Source: Planctomycetota bacterium (GTDB lineage: Bacteria > Planctomycetota > Planctomycetia > Pirellulales > UBA1268). Taken from it: a stretch of DNA of 64,000 nucleotides. The notes under the pieces are model-generated. The model was given only the letters and a program-made list of their open reading frames with translations. It did no database searches and was not told where the DNA came from. Position numbers and translations under genes: made by a program. The first letter of the stretch is position 1; every line of letters starts with the position of its first letter. The DNA lies in the NCBI GenBank assembly GCA_031403195.1, contig JANNSZ010000095.1:4681-68680 (forward strand), given 5' to 3'. Positions 1 to 9,073 of this stretch are shown one piece after another.

Positions 1-1029
1 GGCGACGTGACGACGGCCCCGATTCGACCAGGAGCCTGTGCCCGGATCATGACGGGAGCACCGCTTCCGCCGGGGGCGGACGCGGTCGTGCCTATTGAAC
101 GCGCGGTAGACGGCACGGCGCAGCACCACGCTGGCTCACGCGTGCGGCTGCGTGAGGAACGCTACCGCCCAGGACAGCATGTCGCCCGGCAGGGTGCGGC
201 CTTTCGTCGCGGTGCCGTCGTACTCCCTTCCGGCAGCTACCTCGAAGCGGCAGCAGTCGGCCTGGCCGCCGAGGCGGGAGCGATGCACGTCGTGGCCGAG
301 CCACGAGTTCGCGTGGCGATCCTCTCAACAGGAAGTGAAATCGTTGCCTGGGAGGCAGTGCCCGCATTCGGACAGACGCGAAATTCGAACGCGGCCATGC
401 TTGCCGCGGCCGCGTCGCTCCTGGGGGCTGAGGCCATTGGCATGGGGATTGCCGCCGACCGACCAGAGGCCATCAGGGCCGCTGTCGCGCAGGGTTTGGC
501 TGCGGATGTGCTCGTGGTTTCCGGCGGCGTGTCGACAGGCGATCTCGACCTCGTGCCGGCCGCGTTCGCTGCCTGCGGCGCGCAGCAGGTGTTCCACAAG
601 GTCCGTCTCAAGCCCGGCAAGCCAGTGTGGTTTGGCATCCTGCGAAGGGCTGCTGCACCTCCTACGCTCGTCTTTGGCCTCCCCGGCAATCCGGCGAGCA
701 GCCTGGTGTGCTTCGAGCTGTTTGTGAGGCCGGCCATCCGGATCTTGGCAGGGAGCCCGCGGGACTCATGGCATCTGCCCCGCAGCCGCGCCGTGCTGGT
801 GGCAGCGGCGAAGGGGGCAGACGATCGACCGGTGTTTCTCCCGTGTCGGCTTCGGATGGGCACAGGTGCCTTCGAAGCGGAGCCGCTGCCTTGGACAGGC
901 TCGTCAGACCTGCTGGGACTGGCCGCCGGCTCGACGATTCCCGGTGCTCTCCCTGGACTCATCTCACTTCCGGCCGGAAGCTGCCGCTACGAGGCGGGCA
1001 CTGAGGTGGAGGTTGTTCTTCGTGGCTGA
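1..1029 (+). CDS. moeA: Molybdopterin molybdotransferase MoeA (5' truncated by window edge)
   Basis: RIMTGAPLPPGADAVV, STGSEI, SGGVSTGDLD, KPGKP and FGLPGNP motifs; frame open from base 1. Confidence 0.95.
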   Translation, partial: GDVTTAPIRPGACARIMTGAPLPPGADAVVPIERAVDGTAQHHAGSRVRLREERYRPGQHVARQGAAFRRGAVVLPSGSYLEAAAVGLAAEAGAMHVVAEPRVRVAILSTGSEIVAWEAVPAFGQTRNSNAAMLAAAASLLGAEAIGMGIAADRPEAIRAAVAQGLAADVLVVSGGVSTGDLDLVPAAFAACGAQQVFHKVRLKPGKPVWFGILRRAAAPPTLVFGLPGNPASSLVCFELFVRPAIRILAGSPRDSWHLPRSRAVLVAAAKGADDRPVFLPCRLRMGTGAFEAEPLPWTGSSDLLGLAAGSTIPGALPGLISLPAGSCRYEAGTEVEVVLRG

Positions 1030-1032
1030 CGT

Positions 1033-1953
1033 TCAGCCGTCAGCCACCAGCCCGAGGACGCGGAGCTTGGCGAGGCACTCGTCCCGCTCGCGGCACCGCT
1101 CGAGGCCTTGCCACGACGGATCCTGAACATGCAGAAACGCATCCTCGGAGGCTGGCATGCCCATGCCCGTGGCGGCCAATCGCCGGATCACGCCGCGGTC
1201 GAGCCGCGTGAGCCGCATCGCCTCCATGCGGTAGTCGACGAAGGCTTCCCAGACGAGTGGAAAGAGTGGTGCGACGATCTGCTGCCCGATCGTCTCGGCG
1301 TAGCGCCGGATCTCGAGTTGTGCGTGGGCATCCATGCGCAGCGCGAGAAAGTGAAGGAGGTTGTGGAGGTCGATTTTCCAATAGGCCTCGGTGTATGTGG
1401 AGAGTGGCAGGTCCTTGCGGGCCTGCTCGCGGGCGATGCCCGCTTCGAGCCGGCTTTCATAGACACGCCGAGCCATGGCCTGAAGCTCGTGTTCGGCCTC
1501 GGTGTAGTGCTGCCCGGTATCAGCCGGCATGAGATCGTCTGAACCCTGTCGGTTGGACGCTGCCTGGGTTCGCCACTGGTCATCCGCGGTGCCCTGCATG
1601 GCGTCGATCGCCAGCGAGTAGCGTGTGGAGTATTCGTTGACGCTCGCGGTGCGGTGGCGGATCCACTGCCGCCAGCAGTCCATCGGCACGCGAACGACGA
1701 ACTTCAGTTCCGCCATCTCGAACGGTGTCGTGTGGGCGTGGCGAAGGAGGTAGCGGATGAGTTGGCGGTCGTCGCTGACCTTTCGTGTGCCCGCCCCGTA
1801 GCTGACACGCGCCGCCTGCACCACACTGCCGTCATCTCCCATACAGTCGACGAGGGCCACGAAGCCGTCATCGAGAACGGGAAGCTTCTTCCAGCGAAGG
1901 GACTCGAGAAGGGTGCCGCGATCAGCAGTCGCAGGGGCGTTGGGAGCATTCAT
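1033..1953 (-). CDS. thyX: FAD-dependent thymidylate synthase
   Basis: RHRTASVNEYSTRY (RHRx7SxR), AARVSY, HTTPFE, AQLEIR; start placed at ATG 1953 because the upstream ORF extension runs through a repeat. Confidence 0.95.
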   Translation of the reverse strand: MNAPNAPATADRGTLLESLRWKKLPVLDDGFVALVDCMGDDGSVVQAARVSYGAGTRKVSDDRQLIRYLLRHAHTTPFEMAELKFVVRVPMDCWRQWIRHRTASVNEYSTRYSLAIDAMQGTADDQWRTQAASNRQGSDDLMPADTGQHYTEAEHELQAMARRVYESRLEAGIAREQARKDLPLSTYTEAYWKIDLHNLLHFLALRMDAHAQLEIRRYAETIGQQIVAPLFPLVWEAFVDYRMEAMRLTRLDRGVIRRLAATGMGMPASEDAFLHVQDPSWQGLERCRERDECLAKLRVLGLVADG

Positions 1954-1983
1954 GCCGGTTATGGTCCTTATGGGTTGAGGACT

Positions 1984-2086
1984 CCGCCGCACGAAGCGGT
2001 GGTTGCCGTTCATGGCAAACCTCGGCTTTGCCATCGGACGGCCAAGTGGAAAAAGGCCAAGGAGGGCTTATTCCACGGAGAGTCAG
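1984..2086 (+). repeat. Three-hairpin intergenic repeat, copy A
   Basis: ccgccgcacgaagcggtgg / atggcaaacctcggctttgccat / gtggaaaaaggccaaggagggcttattccac / gtcag; aligns with copies at 15242, 21626, 39770 and 42663. Confidence 0.85.
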
Positions 2087-2120
2087 AAGCCCCACAGGAT
2101 GCGGCACATCCGACGGCCGG

Positions 2121-2381
2121 TCAATCCTTGGCCAGCAACTCTTGAAGCAGCGTGGCCAATTGACGTGCGTCGTCGGAATCGCGGACCTGCTTGATCCGCG
2201 ACGCGGGGACGCCCAGCTTGCCGAGCGATGTGGCAATGGTCTCCCAGAGCTTGGCCCGCTTCTTGCCCTCGGCCAGGTAGAGATCGGTCACCTGCTCCCC
2301 GACCCGCTGCAAGAGCACCGTGTCGATGTTTTCGTAGTACCGCTTGACGATCGACTGCTGGTGCTTCGTCAATTGGGCCAT
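2121..2381 (-). CDS. Small conserved hypothetical protein
   Basis: 86-aa ORF (MAQLTKHQQSIVKRYYEN) with coding-like composition, filling the gap. Confidence 0.75.
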   Translation of the reverse strand: MAQLTKHQQSIVKRYYENIDTVLLQRVGEQVTDLYLAEGKKRAKLWETIATSLGKLGVPASRIKQVRDSDDARQLATLLQELLAKD

Positions 2382-2515
2382 GGCAGGGCACCCTCTGCGG
2401 AGGAGGCGGGCTATGTCTGCGGGGCGACTCTCGGATCGCCCCGGGGCGAGTGGCGGGATGCCACTCTCGTGGCTACAGTATCGACCGAGAGAACGCCCCT
2501 GGTCGAGAGAAATCC

Positions 2516-2863
2516 ATGCCCACGATCACGTTCACGAAAGAAAAGAAGGAAATTCAGGTTCCAGCCGGTGCCAACCTGCGAGCGGAGGCCTTGCGGGCCG
2601 GGGTGCAGCTTTATCCCGGGGTCCACCAAGTCCTCAACTGCCATGGGTTTGGTTCATGTGGGAGCTGCCGTGTCCTCATCACGAAGGGCATGGAGAACAC
2701 CGAGAGCAAGGGCCTCGTGGAGTCTGCCCGCCTGGCAGTGTCGCTGGCCTACATCGGCAACGAGAAAAATATGCGGCTGGCCTGCTGCACAACGGTCAAC
2801 GGGGATATCGCCGTCGAAACGACCCCCCCCATGAATCTGTTCGGCGAGAACTTCTTTAGTTGA
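2516..2863 (+). CDS. 2Fe-2S ferredoxin
   Basis: CHGFGSCGSC...RLAC cysteine pattern; ATG at 2516. Confidence 0.9.
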   Translation: MPTITFTKEKKEIQVPAGANLRAEALRAGVQLYPGVHQVLNCHGFGSCGSCRVLITKGMENTESKGLVESARLAVSLAYIGNEKNMRLACCTTVNGDIAVETTPPMNLFGENFFS

Positions 2864-3030
2864 CGCACGGCCATCCATGGCCCGTGCGTCAACGCTCGGC
2901 GACGGCAAGCCGAGGTTGCCGTCGCCTCGCAACGTCCGGCCTCCAGCCGGCCAGGCGTAGGCGACAGTGCGACGATATGGCCCGTGCGTCAACGCTCGGC
3001 AAGGGCCAGCCGAGGTTGCCGTCGCCTCGC
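2859..3030 (-). repeat. Hairpin repeat variant with a 54-bp direct duplication (2877-2930, 2977-3030)
   Basis: gttgacgcacgg-ccatccatggc-ccgtgcgtcaac hairpin, then ggcgacggcaa-gccgagg-ttgccgtcgcc; second copy exactly 100 bp downstream. Confidence 0.8.
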
Positions 3031-3146
3031 CAACGGCCCCAGATGGACTGGAGAGCCCGTACGGCGTGTGGCGACATTCGGGCGCGCGGCACGGCTTGCG
3101 GGCCGATGGGTGTCATCGTCTGCCGGGTCGTGTAGGCTCACCAGTC

Positions 3147-3467
3147 GTGAAAGAAGTCATTGCCATCGTGAAGCCATTTCTCGCTGAGCGGGTGCTCGAG
3201 GCGCTCAAGCTGGCGCCGCTCGAGGCCTGCACCGTTCGGGAAGTGAAGGGCTACGGCCGCCAGAAGAGCTACCTCGACCAGTACCGCGACAGCGAGTATT
3301 CGCTCGCCTTTCTTCCGAAGGTCGAAATCCAGCTCTGGGTGGACGATGCCCGCGTGGCCGAGGTGGTCGAGCGAATTACAGCCGCCGCCCGCACCGGTCG
3401 GATGGGCGATGGGAAGATTTTCGTGCTACCGGCCGGTGAGTACGTCCCCGCAGATACTGGCGTCTAG
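3147..3467 (+). CDS. P-II family nitrogen regulatory protein
   Basis: KEVIAIVKP, VKGYGRQK, T-loop EY, FLPK, ARTGRMGDGKIFV. Confidence 0.93.
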   Translation: MKEVIAIVKPFLAERVLEALKLAPLEACTVREVKGYGRQKSYLDQYRDSEYSLAFLPKVEIQLWVDDARVAEVVERITAAARTGRMGDGKIFVLPAGEYVPADTGV

Positions 3468-3552
3468 GTCGCTGACGGGGCAGGCCCGGGCTTTGCCGTC
3501 GGTCGGCCTCTGGAAAAAACGGGAATGGACGGCTTTTTGCGCGGGCAGTTAG
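3468..3552 (+). repeat. Three-hairpin repeat, degenerate copy B
   Basis: gggctttgccgtcggtcggcctctggaaaaaacgggaatggacggctttttgcgcgggcagttag matches the 3' two-thirds of the family. Confidence 0.6.
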
Positions 3553-3605
3553 ACTCTCGGGTCGCCACCTGGCCATTAGAGTCCACCCAACCCGCAAGGT
3601 TTGTC

Positions 3606-5513
3606 ATGCCGCTTGTCTCGAGGACGTTCCAGATTGCCATCCGCACTACGCTGGTTCTCGCCGCGGTCATCGCCGCCCTTGTGGGCCGGCCCGCAGCGGC
3701 CCAGCTGGAATCGATCGCCGCGGATCCGCTCGGGGATCGCCCTCCGTTCACGGCTGTCGGGGATACCCAGGTCGCCACGCAGGCTGCCGAGCTGAAAGAG
3801 GCGCTTGGGCCACTTCGGCAATTGCTCACCCGGAGCCGCAGTGGTGCCGGCTGGCGGAAGTATCTCGACTGGAATGAGCTTGAGCGGCAGGCCGCTTCTG
3901 GAACGAACGCCGACGTCGATACGCTCGCGCGACTTTACCGCCGCCTCGACTCCGGTGAGAATAGCCTGGAGATGCCGCAGTTCGCCGCGGTACGACGAGC
4001 AGTGGGTGGCTATCTCGAGGCAGTCGGGACCGCCCGCAATCCAGACGCGGCCAAGGTCTACGGCCAACGGCTCGACCGACTCGCTGCCGCGATCGCTGAG
4101 GCGAAAGCCGCGGGCACGCCCCAGCCGCTCGACATGGTCGGTCCGACCCTCGCGCGTCTCGCCGAATCGGGCCAGGCGCCAAAGGTGGTCTCTCGCCTTC
4201 GGCAGGCCCTCGGGATGCCAAACCTCCTTCTGGAAGTCGATGAGGCTCTCCTCAGCAGGGCGGTCAACCGGGTGGTCGACGAAACGATGCCTGTAAACGA
4301 AGTGATTCTTGGCACGAGAATCCGTGGTACCGGGCACACATCCGGTTTCGTGCTGCTCGAATTCCAGCCCTCCGAGAAGAGGGCCGTGATCGATCTTTTG
4401 CTCACAGCGACGAATCACTCGCAGACCCACGGCACAAAAGGACCGGTTACGGTGCACACGCTCGGCACTGCCACGGTCGATGCCCGGAAGCGGGTCTTCA
4501 TCGATGCCGCGGCGGTCACGTCAGCTCCCGTCGAAGCGAATGTCTCGATCTCGACCAAGACCGCGGGCATCGCTGTGAACAAGAGGTGCGGCCAGAATCT
4601 GATTCGGAAGATTGCGAGCCGCAAGGTTGCTCAGATGCAGCCACAGGCACGGGCCATTTCCCAGCAGCGGGCTCGGGAACGCGTGCGGAGCCAGTTCGAG
4701 ACCCAAACGGCCGACGTGCTCAGGCGGGCTGCCAGTGACTACCAGACCAAGTTCCGCAACCGGCTCCTTGAGCGCGGCTGGTATCCCGAGATGCTGCGGA
4801 TCAATTCAGACGATCAGCGGATCCTCGCGACGGCTCGGAAGGCCTTGCCAGACCAGGTGGCCGCGTTCACCAAGCCCCCCGCCGTGGCCTCGGCTGCGGT
4901 GCTATCGGGCCGAATCCACCAGTCTTTCTTCAATAACCTCACCGAGCAAGAACTGGCTGGCAGAACGCTCACCAAGGAAGAGCTCGAGAGTCAGATGCAG
5001 AAGGCCGGCCGGAAGATGCCCGAGTCGCTCGAGAGCGATGCGGATCAGCCACCGTGGTCGATCACGTTCGCCAAGCGAAAGCCGGTGGAGCTCTTGGTGG
5101 GCGATGACACCGTCAAGCTGACGATCCGCGGCAGCCGCTACACCTCAGGCGATCGCGAGTTTGACGCGATGGACGTGTGGGCGATGTACAAGGTCGAATC
5201 GGACTCGGGGAAATTCCGCCTCGTCCGCGATGGCGATGTGCAGATCTACCCGCCCAATTTTGTTCCCGGCGGCGGCAAAAAACTTTCGGTCCAGGAGACA
5301 TCGTTGCGGGGAATTCTCCAGAAGCGATTCAACAAGGTGTTCGACGAAGTGATCGAGCTCAAGCCGGTCGATCTGCCTGGTGAGCTCAAGCCGCTCGGGC
5401 CACTCCCCATGGAGCAGCTCGTCGCCCGCAAGGATGGCTGGATCGCGGCCGGCTGGCGGCAGCCCGACGCCGTGGCGGCACCGGCCGTCACGCTCGTACA
5501 CAGCCAGCCATGA
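3606..5513 (+). CDS. Secreted hypothetical protein (~635 aa)
   Basis: Long ORF with a signal-peptide-like N-terminus (VLAAVIAALVGRPAAAQ); stop overlaps the next start (ATGA). Confidence 0.8.
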   Translation: MPLVSRTFQIAIRTTLVLAAVIAALVGRPAAAQLESIAADPLGDRPPFTAVGDTQVATQAAELKEALGPLRQLLTRSRSGAGWRKYLDWNELERQAASGTNADVDTLARLYRRLDSGENSLEMPQFAAVRRAVGGYLEAVGTARNPDAAKVYGQRLDRLAAAIAEAKAAGTPQPLDMVGPTLARLAESGQAPKVVSRLRQALGMPNLLLEVDEALLSRAVNRVVDETMPVNEVILGTRIRGTGHTSGFVLLEFQPSEKRAVIDLLLTATNHSQTHGTKGPVTVHTLGTATVDARKRVFIDAAAVTSAPVEANVSISTKTAGIAVNKRCGQNLIRKIASRKVAQMQPQARAISQQRARERVRSQFETQTADVLRRAASDYQTKFRNRLLERGWYPEMLRINSDDQRILATARKALPDQVAAFTKPPAVASAAVLSGRIHQSFFNNLTEQELAGRTLTKEELESQMQKAGRKMPESLESDADQPPWSITFAKRKPVELLVGDDTVKLTIRGSRYTSGDREFDAMDVWAMYKVESDSGKFRLVRDGDVQIYPPNFVPGGGKKLSVQETSLRGILQKRFNKVFDEVIELKPVDLPGELKPLGPLPMEQLVARKDGWIAAGWRQPDAVAAPAVTLVHSQP

Positions 5514-5755
5514 CGCCGAGCGATCTGCGCCGAGCGATCGACGCAGCCCTGGCCGGCGAGTGGGATGAGGCCCACGAGATCGTGCAGACCGACGAGACTG
5601 ATCCGGCAGCCTGCTGGATCCACGCCGTGCTTCACAAGATTGAGGGCGACCCAGGCAACGCCCGCTACTGGTATGGCAAGGCAGGGCGGCTCGACCGCGT
5701 GAACGCCGAGCCGAGCGATGAGCTCCGGGCTATCCGCGAGTCGTTGCCAGCGTGA
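5510..5755 (+). CDS. Small conserved hypothetical protein
   Basis: GEWDEAHEIVQ...WIHAVLHKIEGDPGNARYWY; translationally coupled to the upstream gene. Confidence 0.8.
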   Translation: MTPSDLRRAIDAALAGEWDEAHEIVQTDETDPAACWIHAVLHKIEGDPGNARYWYGKAGRLDRVNAEPSDELRAIRESLPA

Positions 5756-5759
5756 GCGG

Positions 5760-7430
5760 TCAGTCGGGCTTCGGAATGACGGGTTCGAAGGGACGGACCC
5801 AGATGTTTCGGAACTGCACCGGGCTGCCGTGGTCTTGGAGCGAGATCGGCAGCGCGTCGGCATGCGGCTCGTACCCTGGCGGCACATGCCACTGCGTGCT
5901 GCCTTTGATCACGGTATCGGAGTGAATGGCCACTCCGTTGTGGATCACGCTCACGCGGGCCGGCTTTTCGACGAGGCCGTCAGAATCGAATCGGGGCCGC
6001 TTGAAAAGAATGTCGTACGTCTGCCATTCACCTGGGCGACGGCAAGCATTCACGGCCGGTGGCTGCTGCTTGTAGAGGGCGCCACATTGGCCATCGGGAT
6101 AGGTGAGCGGGCCGTTGGATCCATCCTCGTAGGAATCGAGAACCTGGATTTCATAGAGCCCCATCAGGAAGACGCCCGAGTTTCCCCGGTCCTGTCCTTT
6201 TCCCTTGGGCGGCGCTGGCATCCGAAATTCAACATGAACGTGGCAGTCTCCAAAACATTGCTTAGTCACGACTGACCCCTTGCCAACGGTGACCACGCCG
6301 TCCGCGACCTTCCAGCGGTCAGCATTGTTCCAGGCGACCATGTCGTGGCCATCGAAAAGCACAATCGCATCCGACGGAATCGCCGCTGGCTCGCCCGGTG
6401 GAGGACCCGGATCGACCACCTTTGGCCTCGGCCATTCGATGGGCATCCGCCATTCCTGTGAGCCTGCGTGCCTTCGGCCGCGCAACTGCAGCCGTCGGTC
6501 ACGAAGCGACGCCGTGATGAGCCGTGCCTTGGCTTCGGCGTCGCCCACGGCGAGCTTGCCCTTGATGCCCGGCCGACGGTGTCCTGCGGCTGCAACGTAG
6601 GCGTCGCGGAGGATCTCCATGCGCTTCGTGACATCCGGCACATAGGCCGCAAGCTGGTCGGGGAGATCGGTCGCCGTGGCCAACTCGTGATCACCGAGGC
6701 CGTCGATGATGGCTCGCGTGATCGCCAGATGGCCATCGGCTCCTGGATGCACGGCATCAGCGGCGAAGGCGAAATTCGGTTCAGCCTTCCGCCGCTCTGC
6801 GAGCGACTGCTTCATGGCCCCATGAACATCGATCACAAGCCAGCCGACTGACCGCTTCGAGAGGAGCCAATCGGCGTAGGCCGCAAGCACAGCGTCATAG
6901 TCAGTGTCTCCAGCTGGCCCCTTCGTGCCCGGTGGGCCGCCGTAGACCGGTGGCGTGAGGTGGATGATCGTGGCGTTGGCTTTTTCAGCGGCAGTGTGGA
7001 GCCGCTCGTTACCGCCCTTGAAAGCCTCGAATCGATTGTCATCGAGTGGCTGATAGATGCCGCAGTTCATGCCGTAGCACGTCAGAATGACATCCGGCCT
7101 CACAAGCCTGAGCACACGTTCAAGTCGCTCATGCAGGTCGGGCCGCGGAAACCTCCCGCCGGCATGACCTTCCTCAGAAAGCCCCGAGACAGTCTCACTC
7201 GGTAGGCCGCAGTTGATCACCTCGGCATCGAAACCCTCTCGCTCCATCCAGGCGGCGAGGTTGGCAACCCAGCCGCCGGCATGCGTAATCGAGTCACCGA
7301 GCACGAGCACCCGCTTGGCCGAGGCGAGCGTTTGACGGGCCGTCGGGACTTCAGCCGCCGCGGTCGCGAGCATCCCAAAAAAGAAGCCGAAAGCAGAAAG
7401 CCGCAAGCTGGCTGATGCGACACGAAACAT
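5760..7430 (-). CDS. SGNH/GDSL hydrolase fused to a DUF1080 (3-keto-disaccharide hydrolase-like) domain
   Basis: LGDSIT, YGMN, DAVHP (SGNH blocks); C-terminal LFDG, GNSGVF, YEIQVLDS, GEWQTYDI, LQDHG. Confidence 0.88.
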   Translation of the reverse strand: MFRVASASLRLSAFGFFFGMLATAAAEVPTARQTLASAKRVLVLGDSITHAGGWVANLAAWMEREGFDAEVINCGLPSETVSGLSEEGHAGGRFPRPDLHERLERVLRLVRPDVILTCYGMNCGIYQPLDDNRFEAFKGGNERLHTAAEKANATIIHLTPPVYGGPPGTKGPAGDTDYDAVLAAYADWLLSKRSVGWLVIDVHGAMKQSLAERRKAEPNFAFAADAVHPGADGHLAITRAIIDGLGDHELATATDLPDQLAAYVPDVTKRMEILRDAYVAAAGHRRPGIKGKLAVGDAEAKARLITASLRDRRLQLRGRRHAGSQEWRMPIEWPRPKVVDPGPPPGEPAAIPSDAIVLFDGHDMVAWNNADRWKVADGVVTVGKGSVVTKQCFGDCHVHVEFRMPAPPKGKGQDRGNSGVFLMGLYEIQVLDSYEDGSNGPLTYPDGQCGALYKQQPPAVNACRRPGEWQTYDILFKRPRFDSDGLVEKPARVSVIHNGVAIHSDTVIKGSTQWHVPPGYEPHADALPISLQDHGSPVQFRNIWVRPFEPVIPKPD

Positions 7431-9073
7431 TACTGCTGGGGCAGTGTTGCCCCCTCCCGGATGGCAAAGAGGTGGCTTTTGTTGGCAATGTAGAGCGTGT
7501 CCCCGACGGCGATCGGTGTGGAATAGACACTGTTGCCCATGTTGATCTCGCCGAGGATTTTCATTTCAGGAGCGATCTCAAAAATCGTGATGTCGCCGTC
7601 CTCATCGCCGATGTAGACCTTCCCGTCGGCGATGAGCGGCGAGCCCCAGGAAGCGGCGAGCATGTCGTACGTCCAGTGTGGCTTGCCCGTCTGCACGTCG
7701 AGGCAGTGGAACAGGCCGCTGAAATCGGCCACAAACAGAAGACCATTCTGGATCGCCACCGTGCCACAGGTGCGGTGCATCGTTTCCTCGAACGCGAGTT
7801 TGCCGTTACCGTCGGCGTCAAGGCCGGGATAGTGCCAGACCGCGGCCGAATTCGGGTTTGGCCTGGCCACCTCCCCATGTTCCTCGATGACTGCCTGGTT
7901 GCGGCGGTGGGGAAGCGGAGTCTTCGGATCTGTCAGGCTTACGGCGATTTCGCTCGAGATGTCTCCTCGCTTGGTCGGATCAATGCACCAGAGGTGACCT
8001 CCTCCTTCGCCATGCTCCGGATCTTCGCCGACCGCGATGTAGACGAGGCCTTCATGGACGACCGGGGTGCCAATAATGTGGTTGCGGTCGGCGCGGCCAC
8101 CGAGCGAATACTTCGACCCTTTGGGGTTACAGTCGAATTTCCAAAGCAGTTTGGCTTGCCCGTTCTCGCCGCGGGCGTCAAACGAGTACACCCAGCCGTC
8201 GCCACCACCGAAAATCGCCTGCGGAACACCACTGATCTCGGCGAATGCCGGGCTCGACCACTGGCCGTGGAGGATGTTGGCCCCCGGCGATCCGTCGGCC
8301 CAGAGAAGTTTTCCATCGCGCCTGTCGACGCAGAGAAAACTCGGTGCTTCGGTGTTGGGGAGGTTGATGTGTCCCTCGTCGACGCCGTTGCCGGTGATCA
8401 CAAAGAGCCAGTCACCGTGGCTCGTCACGCTGCAGGAGCACATGTTGTGCTGTGAGACACCGAGCTGCTTCATCATGTCGAGCGTCCAGACCACGTCGGC
8501 CTCGTCGTCGGCCATGACCTTTTCGTCGGTGAAAGGGCCGTCATTCTCGCCGTCTCGAAAACCTTCGGTGTCGAGGCACTTCACCTCACCGCGGCTGGTG
8601 ACATACCAGAGCCTGTCTCCCTCGACGAGCGGCGCACAGCAGATCCCTTGGAGCGGCCAGTCATGAACGCGGCCCGTGGGAAGCTTTTCGCTCGAGTCCT
8701 GCCAGAGGAACGAGCCATCCTTCACATCAAAGGCTAGGAGGCAGCCGAGGTCTGTCGCGGGTGGATAACGCTTGAGCCAGCCTCTGCCATTGTTGCTGCC
8801 GACGTAGACCTTTCCTCCCGCCACGACGGGATTCCCGTAGGACTGGCTTCCGAGGGCTGCAACCCAGACCACGTTCTTACTCGTGTCGGGTTTCCAGTCG
8901 CCCGTGTTTGGATCAAACTCGCCAGGCTCCCATTCGACCGGGAGATTTGTTGCATCTGACGTGTTGTTGCGGCTCGGTGAGCCGCCCCACTGGTTCCATT
9001 CGGCAGCCGTCACAAGTGCAAGCGGGGAGGCAGCGAAGAGCACGAGGACGGACACGAGCGATCGAAGAATCAT
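7430..9073 (-). CDS. PQQ-binding-like beta-propeller protein
   Basis: Signal peptide, WNQWGG, repeated S-P-x-x-x-G...W blade motifs. Confidence 0.85.
   Translation of the reverse strand: MILRSLVSVLVLFAASPLALVTAAEWNQWGGSPSRNNTSDATNLPVEWEPGEFDPNTGDWKPDTSKNVVWVAALGSQSYGNPVVAGGKVYVGSNNGRGWLKRYPPATDLGCLLAFDVKDGSFLWQDSSEKLPTGRVHDWPLQGICCAPLVEGDRLWYVTSRGEVKCLDTEGFRDGENDGPFTDEKVMADDEADVVWTLDMMKQLGVSQHNMCSCSVTSHGDWLFVITGNGVDEGHINLPNTEAPSFLCVDRRDGKLLWADGSPGANILHGQWSSPAFAEISGVPQAIFGGGDGWVYSFDARGENGQAKLLWKFDCNPKGSKYSLGGRADRNHIIGTPVVHEGLVYIAVGEDPEHGEGGGHLWCIDPTKRGDISSEIAVSLTDPKTPLPHRRNQAVIEEHGEVARPNPNSAAVWHYPGLDADGNGKLAFEETMHRTCGTVAIQNGLLFVADFSGLFHCLDVQTGKPHWTYDMLAASWGSPLIADGKVYIGDEDGDITIFEIAPEMKILGEINMGNSVYSTPIAVGDTLYIANKSHLFAIREGATLPQQ

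Noticed and set aside
2877-3030. Possible mini-CRISPR (54-bp repeat x2)
   Set aside because: Only two copies, and they belong to the hairpin repeat family.
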